From: an uncultured archaeon
Lineage (GTDB): Archaea; Aenigmatarchaeota; Aenigmatarchaeia; Aenigmatarchaeales; SZUA-1535
Direction: 5' to 3'
DNA length: 33,025 nucleotides
Assembly (NCBI GenBank): GCA_964594175.1
Contig: CAZQLM010000001.1
Span: 1-33,025 of the forward strand
The translations under genes were made by a program, and so were the position numbers. Position 1 is the first letter of the stretch. Each line of letters begins with the position of its first letter. The notes beneath the pieces were generated by a model. It did not search any database. It was not told the DNA's origin and was given only the letters and a program-made list of their open reading frames with translations. This document shows positions 9,695 through 17,554 of the stretch, piece after piece.

Positions 9695-9711
9695 TTCATT
9701 ATTCTTTTTCC

Positions 9712-10305
9712 ATGCAGAAAGGAGATTTTATAAGGATAAGCTATGTCGGTAGGGTAAAGGAAACAGATGAGGTATTTGATAAAGGTGAGCGCATACCAAT
9801 AGTTGCTGGGGAGGGATTTGTTATTTCAGGACTTGATGAAGCCATCCTTGGCATGAGCGTTGGAGAAAGGAAAATTGTAGAGATACCACCAGAAAAAGCT
9901 TTTGGAAAAAGGGATCCAAACCTTGTAAAGCTTATACCGCTTTCCGATTTCAAGAAAAATGATATCACTCCTTATCCTGGAATGGTTGTAAAAGCAGATA
10001 ATTTCTACGGAAGAGTACTTTCCGTTGGCTCGGGAAGGGTTAAGGTCGATTTTAACCATCCTCTTGCTGGAAAGGTTTTGGAATACGAGGTTGAAATAAA
10101 TGAAAAAATAGAAAGCGGTGAAGAAAAAGTAAAGGCTCTTTTAGAGTTTTTCACAGGAATGAAAGAAGCTGAGGTAAAACTTAACGAGAATACAGCGGAA
10201 TTGAAGGTTAAGCGTCAAATTCCTGAGCATGTAAAACAGAGATTAAGCACAGCTATCAAACAATATGTTGGTGTAAAAGAAGTTGTAATTTCAGAGATAT
10301 TCTAG
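9712..10305 (+). CDS. FKBP-type peptidyl-prolyl cis-trans isomerase (SlyD-like, with insert-in-flap domain)
   Basis: 197 aa. GDFIRISYVGRVKETDEVFD.. and ..GLDEAILGMSVGERKIVEIPPEKAFG..HPLAGK.. are typical of short archaeal FKBPs. Confidence 0.9.
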   Translation: MQKGDFIRISYVGRVKETDEVFDKGERIPIVAGEGFVISGLDEAILGMSVGERKIVEIPPEKAFGKRDPNLVKLIPLSDFKKNDITPYPGMVVKADNFYGRVLSVGSGRVKVDFNHPLAGKVLEYEVEINEKIESGEEKVKALLEFFTGMKEAEVKLNENTAELKVKRQIPEHVKQRLSTAIKQYVGVKEVVISEIF

Positions 10306-10392
10306 CACATTATATTCCATTTTATAATAAATCCAAAATGTTTAAATACCTTTTTCTGCAGAACATCAAAAAAACTTTCTAAGGTGAGAAAC

Positions 10393-11475
10393 ATGGCTCT
10401 GCGTGCTGTTGAAGGTACTAGCAGAAAACGCGGTTCTATTGATGAAGATTTGAAAAAGCTTCTTGAAGCGAGAAAGGCAGTGATAAAGGTTGTTGGAATA
10501 GGGGGGGCAGGAAACAATACAATTTCAAGAATGATGCAGGTCGGAATAATCGGAGCTGAGACTTTAGCTTTGAATACAGATGCGCAAGACTTGCTTTATA
10601 CGGATGCTGACTACAAAATTCTTTTGGGAAAGGAAACAACTCGTGGCTTGGGAGCAGGAGCAGACCCTCATTTAGGAATGGAAGCGGCAAAAGAAAGCAA
10701 GGATGAAATTAAGAAATACCTGGAAGGAGCTGACATGGTTTTCATTACCTGCGGTTTGGGAGGAGGTACAGGAACAGGAGGAGCTCCGATAGTAGCTGAT
10801 GTTGCAAAGAAAATAGGCGCTTTAACAGTAGGTGTTGTTACTTTGCCCTTTACAATGGAAGGAAAGCAAAGAATGGACAATGCGAAATACGGCTTGGAGG
10901 AGCTCGAAAATATTGTAGATACTCTAATAGTAATTCCGAATGATAAGCTTTTGGAAATAGTGCCAGACGTAAGTATAACAACAGCTTTTCGCATAGCAGA
11001 CGAAATTTTAGTAAATGCAGTAAAGGGAATAGCGGAGCTTGTCACAAAGCCTGGGCTGGTAAACTTGGACTTCGCAGATATAAGGGCTGTGATGAGCTCA
11101 GGAGGGCTAGCGATGATAGGTATGGGCGAGAGTGATCGCGAAAACAGAGCAATAGAAGCTGTTGAAAAAGCTTTGAATAACCCGCTTTTAGACATAGAAA
11201 TAGAAGGAGCTAAAGGAGCTTTGATCAATGTGGCAGGAGGGGCGGATATAACCATAAGGGAATGTCAGGAAATTGTAGAAGCTGTTACAAGCAAGCTTTC
11301 GCCAGAAGCAAAGGTTATTTGGGGAGCTCAGATAGAAAAGGAGCTCGGTGATACTGTAAGAACAATGCTCATAGTAACTGGTGTGAAATCCTCGCAGATT
11401 TACGGGCCAGAAAAAACGTTCACGGCAGAGAAAAAGAAAGAAATAGAGAAAATTTTGGGAATAGATTTTGTTTAA
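10393..11475 (+). CDS. ftsZ: Cell division GTPase FtsZ
   Basis: It has the tubulin signature [10 protein letters not shown], an N-terminal GIGGAGNN motif and NTDAQ. I chose ATG 10393 because AGGTGA lies 5 nt upstream; GTG 10384 is the alternative. TTTAAATA is present at 10341-10348. Confidence 0.95.
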
Positions 11476-11536
11476 TTTTTATTTATTTTAAATTTTTAAG
11501 CTTCTGAAGCCTATTCTTTCATGAGGTGATGCGCTA

Positions 11537-13099
11537 TTGGAGAAAAAAGAAGAAAAGCTGAAAAAATCGTTCATAGAAAAAATAGCTAGATTCTGCAAAG
11601 AAAAGGGATTTGTTTTTCCTTGCTGCGAAATTTACGGCGGCTTTTCTGGTTTTTACGACTACGGCCCTTTAGGAGCTGAGCTTAAGAAGAATATTAAAGA
11701 CCTGTGGTGGGAGGAGTTTGTTAGAAAAAGGGATGATATCGTTGGCATAGACGCTTGCACGATAAACCCTTTTGTTCTTTGGAAGGCTTCAGGGCATGTG
11801 GATAGCTTTACAGACCCTTTGGTAGAATGCAGGAAATGCAAAAAAAGATTTAGAGCAGATAGCCTTATAGAAGATTCTCTTGGAATAGCTGTTGATGGAA
11901 TAACAATAGAGCAGGTTAATGAAATAATCGCTAAGCATAGCTTGCGCTGTCCTTCATGCAAAGGCGAGCTAACTAGTGCTAGAACGTTTAACTTAATGTT
12001 CAAAACTTATGTTGGTGCAGTAGAGGATCAGAGCTCCCTCGCCTTTCTCCGACCAGAGACCGCGCAGCTAATTTTTACGAATTTTAAATTTGTACAAAAG
12101 GCAGCAAGGCTAAAGCTACCCTTTGGAATAGCTCAGATAGGCAGAGCTTATCGCAACGAGATTTCGCCGCGCGATTTTCTCTTTCGAATGCGAGAATTCG
12201 AGCAAATGGAGATAGAGTATTTTGTTCATCCAGACAAGCTTAACCAGTGCCCTTATCTAACAAAAGAGCTTCTTGATTTTGAAATGAACATATACTCTGC
12301 TGAAATGCAGGAAAAAGGAGAAGAGCATAGAAAAATGAGCTTGCGAGAGGCTTTGGAAAAAGGAATAATAAGCACAGCTTGGCATGGATATTGGCTTGCT
12401 TTGGTTTACAAATGGTTCATAGAGCTTGGTGTTAACCCAGAAAAGCTGAGAGCAAGACAGCATTTGAAAGAAGAGCTCAGCCATTACGCTCTTGAGACTT
12501 GGGATATAGAGTATCGCTTTCCGTTCGGCTGGAAAGAAATACATGGCATGGCTAACCGCACGGACTATGATTTAAAGCAGCACATGAAATTCAGCGGAAA
12601 GGATTTGAGCTACTTTGACGAAGAGACAGGGAAAAAAATCCTGCCCTACGTTGTTGCAGAGCCATCTCAAGGTGTGGACAGAGCATTTTTGGTTTTCTTA
12701 ATAGATGCTTACACAGAAGAAGAGGATCGCGTTGTTCTTAAGCTACATCCAAAGCTCGCTCCTTACAAAGTTGCTGTTTTTCCTTTGGTTAAGAGAGATA
12801 AACTTGATGAAAAGGCAAAGCAAATTCATGAGCTTTTGAAAAAACATTTTACAAGCTTTTACGACGAAAAAGGCAGCATTGGTAGAAGGTATGCGAGGCA
12901 AGATGAAATAGGCACACCTTTTTGCATAACCATAGATTATCAAACTCTGGAAGATAACACAGTAACAATACGCGAGAGAGACACGAAAAAGCAGGTAAGG
13001 GTAAAGATTTCTGAGCTTGTTGAGATTATAAGTAAACTTATAGAAGGAGAGATAAAATTCGAAGAAATAACAAGCGAATTGCTCGAGGGAAATGCTTAA
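11537..13099 (+). CDS. glyS: Glycyl-tRNA synthetase (archaeal/eukaryal alpha2 type)
   Basis: 520 aa. It has YGGFSGFYDYGPLG, FLRPETAQ and IGRAYRNEISPR motifs, and a C-terminal anticodon-binding region (..IGRRYARQDEIGTPFCITID..). The TTG start is supported by GAGGTGA 7 nt upstream. Confidence 0.93.
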   Translation: MEKKEEKLKKSFIEKIARFCKEKGFVFPCCEIYGGFSGFYDYGPLGAELKKNIKDLWWEEFVRKRDDIVGIDACTINPFVLWKASGHVDSFTDPLVECRKCKKRFRADSLIEDSLGIAVDGITIEQVNEIIAKHSLRCPSCKGELTSARTFNLMFKTYVGAVEDQSSLAFLRPETAQLIFTNFKFVQKAARLKLPFGIAQIGRAYRNEISPRDFLFRMREFEQMEIEYFVHPDKLNQCPYLTKELLDFEMNIYSAEMQEKGEEHRKMSLREALEKGIISTAWHGYWLALVYKWFIELGVNPEKLRARQHLKEELSHYALETWDIEYRFPFGWKEIHGMANRTDYDLKQHMKFSGKDLSYFDEETGKKILPYVVAEPSQGVDRAFLVFLIDAYTEEEDRVVLKLHPKLAPYKVAVFPLVKRDKLDEKAKQIHELLKKHFTSFYDEKGSIGRRYARQDEIGTPFCITIDYQTLEDNTVTIRERDTKKQVRVKISELVEIISKLIEGEIKFEEITSELLEGNA

Positions 13100-13124
13100 G
13101 AATGTTAAAAGCCATTAGAGAAAA

Positions 13125-13301
13125 ATGAAACTTCAAAAAAAGCTGAGTGTTCGAGTTACAGAAGCTCATTATAAACTGATGCAAATGCTAGTAAAGAAGG
13201 GAGAATATGAAAGTGTTTCTGATGCCGCGAGAAACGCTGTAGAGAAATTACTGAAGGATTATGAAAAAAGGAAATGGTTCAATAAATACATGGATTCTTG
13301 A
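13125..13301 (+). CDS. Small ribbon-helix-helix (CopG/Arc-like) protein, 58 aa
   Basis: It is not in the ORF track because it is under 60 aa. The translation is MKLQKKLSVRVTEAHYKLMQMLVKKGEYESVSDAARNAVEKLLKDYEKRKWFNKYMDS. The beta-strand (LSVRVTE) followed by two helices is the RHH pattern. Confidence 0.6.
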   Translation: MKLQKKLSVRVTEAHYKLMQMLVKKGEYESVSDAARNAVEKLLKDYEKRKWFNKYMDS

Positions 13302-13303
13302 AA

Positions 13304-13321
13304 GCTGCTATAAGCAGTTTT
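13304..13321 (+). terminator. Hairpin plus oligo-T downstream of the RHH ORF
   Basis: gctgct-ata-agcagt forms a 6-bp stem with one G.U pair and is followed by tttt. Archaeal termination uses oligo-T tracts. Confidence 0.35.
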
Positions 13322-13450
13322 CGCAAAAAGTGTTATAATAAAACACGTGTCCTTTTACTTCTTTGCTGTTGGACTTCTTGAAAAAATAAATTATTTAAAA
13401 TTTACTGCGAAGAAACATTTCATAAAATTTAAAGAATTAGGTGAAATGTC

Positions 13451-13987
13451 ATGGACCTGATGCAAAAATTGAATAATATACAGGAGTATTTTAACGAGAG
13501 TGTGAAAAGGGTTAAAAAAAGTTTAGAACTTCTTCTGGAACTTCAAAAAAATTCAAATTCTTATGTTTTTATTGGTGATGAAAATCACCTTCACTACGGC
13601 GAGTTGCTGAAGGTAAGAAATTGTTTAAGTTTCGCTATTGAAAGAGTCGCCATACCTGATGAAAAAAGCGAAACAAAAATGAAACTTAAAGTTAGCGAGA
13701 AGATTATTGAAGAACCTTATGCTCAAATAGAAATTGCAGTTCCACAACCAGAGGTTGTATTAAGAAACTGTATAGAGTGGAAGCGTGAAGAGGGTGTATT
13801 TGCTGGCTACGATAAGAAAATAGTAGGAATTCGCTTTGATGATGAGATATTAACACTACCTTCAATAGCTAAGGAAATCACCAGTGATCGAGAATACATC
13901 AAGAAATGTGAAGCCTTGCAGGAATATTTGGAGAAAACTAACCTTCCAGAGCTCTACGAAAAATTTTTCGGAAAATCGCCTTGGTAA
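13451..13987 (+). CDS. Hypothetical protein (178 aa), family not recognised
   Basis: This is an uninterrupted ORF with TAGGTGA SD 6 nt upstream of the ATG. Composition is typical of the neighbouring genes. No motif was recognised. Confidence 0.6.
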   Translation: MDLMQKLNNIQEYFNESVKRVKKSLELLLELQKNSNSYVFIGDENHLHYGELLKVRNCLSFAIERVAIPDEKSETKMKLKVSEKIIEEPYAQIEIAVPQPEVVLRNCIEWKREEGVFAGYDKKIVGIRFDDEILTLPSIAKEITSDREYIKKCEALQEYLEKTNLPELYEKFFGKSPW

Positions 13988-14050
13988 ATCTCAAAAAACT
14001 TTTGCAAAATATTTAAGCTCCTTACTCCAACAAATTCTCGGTGAGCAGCA

Positions 14051-14947
14051 ATGGCTACATGGGTCATTGGACACAAAAATCCTGATACGGATAGCATTGT
14101 TTCTGCAATAGTTTACGCAAGAAAAATAGGAGCAAAAGCAGCAAGAGCAGGAGAGCTAAATCCAGAAACTAAGTTCGTTCTCGAAAAATTCGCTGTGCAA
14201 GCTCCAGAGCTAAAGGAAAAAATCGAAGCTGGCGAAAAAGTTGTGATTGTGGATACAAATAACAAAGAAGAGCTCATACCAATAGAAGGAGAAATAATCG
14301 AGATAATAGACCACCATAGGCTTTTCGGTAACATTAGCACAGCACAACCAATAAAAGTTTGCATAGAACCTGTTGGCTCAACCTCAACAATCATAGCTGA
14401 ACGCTTTCTCGATGAGCTTTGCAGGGAAGAGGCAGGACTGCTTTTAAGCGGTATTTTATCAGATACAGTCGTTTTTAAGTCACCTACAACCACGCAAAAA
14501 GACAAAGAGATAGCAAAAAGACTTGCTGAAATAGCTGGTATAAATAACATAGAAGGCTATGGAATAGAGCTCAAATCAAAAGCTGCCCAGCTTAGCAAAG
14601 AACCTAAGGAAAACGTGCTTAGAGATTTCAAAATAACGCATGCCGGAGAGCTTAAGTTTGGAATAGCTCAGGTTGAGATAATAGGTTACGAAAGTGTTAT
14701 GGAGAGAAAAGATGAGTATCTTGCAGCTATGGAAGAGATAAGAAAGGAAAAGGGATTGGATTACCTGCTCTTTATGGTTACAGATATACTCCAGCAGGGT
14801 ACAAAGCTTTTGATAGTAGGAAAAAATCCAGAAAGAATTGCAAAAGCTTTCGAAAAGAATCTTGTTGAAGGCTGCTATATAGAGCTACCTGGAGTCATGT
14901 CAAGGAAAAAGCAAGTAATGCCTGTAATTCAGGAAAAATTTAAATAA
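14051..14947 (+). CDS. ppaC: Manganese-dependent inorganic pyrophosphatase (family II, DHH/DHHA2)
   Basis: 298 aa. It has HKNPDTDSI, VDTNN, DHHR and GILSDTVVFKSPTTT motifs plus a C-terminal DHHA2-like region, characteristic of PpaC. Confidence 0.9.
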   Translation: MATWVIGHKNPDTDSIVSAIVYARKIGAKAARAGELNPETKFVLEKFAVQAPELKEKIEAGEKVVIVDTNNKEELIPIEGEIIEIIDHHRLFGNISTAQPIKVCIEPVGSTSTIIAERFLDELCREEAGLLLSGILSDTVVFKSPTTTQKDKEIAKRLAEIAGINNIEGYGIELKSKAAQLSKEPKENVLRDFKITHAGELKFGIAQVEIIGYESVMERKDEYLAAMEEIRKEKGLDYLLFMVTDILQQGTKLLIVGKNPERIAKAFEKNLVEGCYIELPGVMSRKKQVMPVIQEKFK

Positions 14948-15363
14948 AGAGAAAGAATAAATCCAAGAATTACAACAGCTAAAGGCAAAGCATGCGGAAT
15001 TTTTATTCCTCCTATTTCTAATGCTATCAAACATATTGCAATAGCTACGAATACTCTTAGCACCTGAATATTCAAAAAAGCAGTTAACTTCTCTCCAATA
15101 AATGCAGCTATTACTACTGCTATTGTTGCTATTATTCCGGCTATGAAAGCTGAGAGTAATCTTGCCTTTGTTTCCCCTTCCATAGTTGCTGCTGTAAGTA
15201 CTGCAGCAGGTCCCGCGAGCACAGAGAGAGCTACTCCAGGTGCTGTCGAAAAAGTCAAACTGTTAGTAGCAACTAATAATGGGATAGCTCCGTCGATGCA
15301 AGGCAGAAGCAGTGGAATAGAGAGCTTACTTGCATTTTTCAATATTACCGAAAAGTCTAACAC
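14929..15363 (-). CDS. Small hydrophobic membrane protein (144 aa), family not recognised
   Basis: It has a GTG start and four or more hydrophobic segments. It overlaps the 3' end of ppaC convergently by 19 nt. Confidence 0.5.
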   Translation of the reverse strand: MLDFSVILKNASKLSIPLLLPCIDGAIPLLVATNSLTFSTAPGVALSVLAGPAAVLTAATMEGETKARLLSAFIAGIIATIAVVIAAFIGEKLTAFLNIQVLRVFVAIAICLIALEIGGIKIPHALPLAVVILGFILSLYLNFS

Positions 15364-15413
15364 CTCTCATGGCATTCACCTCCTTCGGCTTTTTGCTTAA
15401 AATATTTACTTCA

Positions 15414-15490
15414 TGGTGGGACGGCGGGGATTTGAACCCCGGACAACACGGTCTTCAGCCGTGCGCTCTCCCAGGCTGAGCTACCGCCCC
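15414..15490 (-). tRNA. tRNA-Phe (anticodon GAA), CCA encoded, no intron
   Basis: Minus-strand read: GGGGCGG-TA-GCTC-AGCCTGGGA-GAGC-G-CACGG-CTGAAGA-CCGTG-TTGTC-CGGGG-TTCAAAT-CCCCG-CCGTCCC-A-CCA. This is a full cloverleaf with one G.U pair in the acceptor stem. Confidence 0.95.
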
Positions 15491-15527
15491 GTGAAAATTT
15501 TTAAGTTTCTTAGGATTTTTAAGTTTT

Positions 15528-15896
15528 ATGTTCAAAGAAGAAAGGCCTTGGGGATATTTCGTGAATTTTGATGAAGAGATTGCAAAAAAACCTGGATGGA
15601 TCAAAATACTTTTTGTGAAAAAAGGAGAAGAGCTCTCTCACCAGTATCACAGGCTAAGAGACGAACTTTGGTATATGGTGAGGGGAAAGGGAAGAGTTTT
15701 GCTTTGGAAAGAGAAAGAAAAATATCCAGAGAATAAGGAAGAAATAACTCTTGAGGAAGGAAAAACAGTTTTCATTCCAAAACTCTGCATCCACAGCTTT
15801 AGAGCAGAAGAGGATAGCTTTATTTTAGAATTCGGTTTTGGTGAATGCAAGGAAGAAGATATAGTGAGATTGCAGGATAGATACGGAAGAGAGTAA
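15528..15896 (+). CDS. Cupin-domain protein of the mannose-6-phosphate isomerase type II C-terminal type
   Basis: 122 aa. It has ERPWGYF.., ..LSHQYHRLRDELWYMVRGKG.. and ..EEDIVRLQDRYGRE, the characteristic cupin pattern of ManC-type PMI domains. TATA-like aaaatttttaag lies ~24 nt upstream, so the transcript is probably leaderless. Confidence 0.85.
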   Translation: MFKEERPWGYFVNFDEEIAKKPGWIKILFVKKGEELSHQYHRLRDELWYMVRGKGRVLLWKEKEKYPENKEEITLEEGKTVFIPKLCIHSFRAEEDSFILEFGFGECKEEDIVRLQDRYGRE

Positions 15897-16136
15897 TTTT
15901 AATCAGGTAAATGGTGACCGGAATGAGCAAAAAGCACGATAAAGCTCTGAAAGCTTCGAGAGAGATGTTTTAAATCACGAAAAGTTTAGACTTGATGATC
16001 TTCTCGAGTATGTTCACAAATTAGCAGGGACTACTCGCGTAGCTCCTGCAAGAGACGTTGTGGACTGGCTAAAGGACATGGAAGAAGATTTCTTCGGTTT
16101 TAAAAATCAAATTTTTATTAATTTAAATCAAAAATT

Positions 16137-16198
16137 CAAAAAGATGATGAGCGGCCCACTAGCTGAGTTGTGATGACTTCAGCCTTGGCTGATTTTTG
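16137..16198 (+). ncRNA. C/D box sRNA (2'-O-methylation guide)
   Basis: - C box ATGATGA: 16144-16150
- 12-nt guide gcggcccactag
- D' box CTGA: 16163-16166
- 3-nt loop
- C' box GTGATGA: 16170-16176
- 12-nt guide cttcagccttgg
- D box CTGA: 16189-16192
- Terminal stem: caaaaa (16137-16142) pairs with tttttg (16193-16198)

This is the exact canonical archaeal architecture. Confidence 0.85.
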
Positions 16199-16303
16199 AT
16201 ATATGGATTTATAATGTCTCAGACTGAACTTCTTTGCAAGGCATGTCCATGTAAAACACAAGATTTTTATTTTTCAAATTTTGAGATTTTCTAAGTGAGG
16301 GAA

Positions 16304-17554
16304 ATGTACAGGCTAACCCAAGAAGGAAAAAAGTATCTTGAAGAAGGTCTGCCAGAGGTCAACTTGATCAAGCTTCTCTCTAAAGAAGGGCCCTTACCTT
16401 TGGAAAAAATAGAAGTGGAAAACAAGCATATAGCGATAGCATGGGCAAAGAAAAATAACTGGATCAGAATAGATAGCGGCATTGCGATGCTCACAGCAGA
16501 AGGGGCAAGAGCTCTGGAAAAAGAGTATGCTTTGGAAAAAGCCCTGCGAGAAGTGGACGCAAGCGGTAAATGCGAAGAAGCTTTGCTCAAAATTCTTGAA
16601 AGTAGAAAGCTTGTTGAAAGGATTAGAGAACTTCCAGAGATAGAAGAAATAGCTCAGCTCACTCCAGAAATCATAATTTCTGGAATATGGAAGATAAAAC
16701 CGTTTAAGCGCTACGACGTCCTTGCTCCGGCTCCTGAAGTTTTTTTAGGAAAGAAACATCCTTATATACAATTCATCGAAGAAGTAAGAGAAAAGCTTGT
16801 TGAAATGGGTTTTGAGGAAGTTAAATCTCCTGTGGTAGAGAGCGAATTCTGGAATTGCGATGCTTTATTCATGCCTCAGGACCACCCAGCAAGGAGTGTG
16901 CATGATGTTTTCCACTTGAAAAATCCAAGGAAAGCGAAAATCCCTGATAAAGAGCTTTTTGAAAGAGTGAAGCTAACTCACGAAAGCGGGTGGATCACAC
17001 GGAGCAAAGGATGGGGCTTTTGGGATCAAGAAACATCTTTAAGACTTGTGCTTAGAAGCCAAACCACAGCAGCAAGCGTACGCTATTTAGCAAACTTTGA
17101 AGGTGAGCAAGCAAAAGTTTTCTGTATAGACCGCGTGTTCAGGCCTGATGTTATTGACAAAACTCACTTAATAGAATTTGATCAGTGCGAAGGTATTATT
17201 GTGGGAAAAAATGTAACTTTCAGACATTTGCTTGGCACGCTGAAAGAGTTTGCTGAAAACGTTTTAGGGGCTAAAAAAATAAAGTTTATACCTCACTATT
17301 ATCCATTTACAGAGCCGAGCGTAGATATGGCTGTTTATTTTCCTAATTTGAAAAAATGGGTTGAAATAGTAGGCTCTGGAATGTTTCGCCCAGAGGTGCT
17401 TAAACCCTTGGGGATAAAGCATAATGTTGCTGCCTGGGGATTTGGGTTTAGTAGGTTAGCCATGCTTAAGCTGGAAATAGATGATATTCGCTTTTTGTTT
17501 GCACGAGATATAAAATGGCTTCGCGAGTTTCCGGTGATGAAATGCCTGTTATAG
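16304..17554 (+). CDS. pheS: Phenylalanyl-tRNA synthetase alpha subunit
   Basis: It has the class II core with QDHPARSVHDVF, FRPD, and ..EIVGSGMFRPEVL..GFGFSRLAM. ATG 16304 is preferred, with GTG 16295 as the alternative. Confidence 0.93.
   Translation: MYRLTQEGKKYLEEGLPEVNLIKLLSKEGPLPLEKIEVENKHIAIAWAKKNNWIRIDSGIAMLTAEGARALEKEYALEKALREVDASGKCEEALLKILESRKLVERIRELPEIEEIAQLTPEIIISGIWKIKPFKRYDVLAPAPEVFLGKKHPYIQFIEEVREKLVEMGFEEVKSPVVESEFWNCDALFMPQDHPARSVHDVFHLKNPRKAKIPDKELFERVKLTHESGWITRSKGWGFWDQETSLRLVLRSQTTAASVRYLANFEGEQAKVFCIDRVFRPDVIDKTHLIEFDQCEGIIVGKNVTFRHLLGTLKEFAENVLGAKKIKFIPHYYPFTEPSVDMAVYFPNLKKWVEIVGSGMFRPEVLKPLGIKHNVAAWGFGFSRLAMLKLEIDDIRFLFARDIKWLREFPVMKCLL

Noticed and set aside
10668-11255. 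A 195-aa ORF antisense to ftsZ. Similar antisense ORFs include 1576-1893, 1673-1999, 8864-9289, 14113-14550, 26199-26636, 30845-31243 and 31816-32201.
   Set aside because: These are shadow ORFs inside well-supported genes. They have low-complexity Ser/Phe/Leu-rich translations, no SD or TATA context and no recognisable motifs.
13574-13612. GTGATGA followed by CTGA inside the 178-aa ORF; a C/D-like pattern.
   Set aside because: There is a single 25-nt spacer without C'/D' boxes and no terminal stem. It lies inside a coding frame, so it is probably chance.
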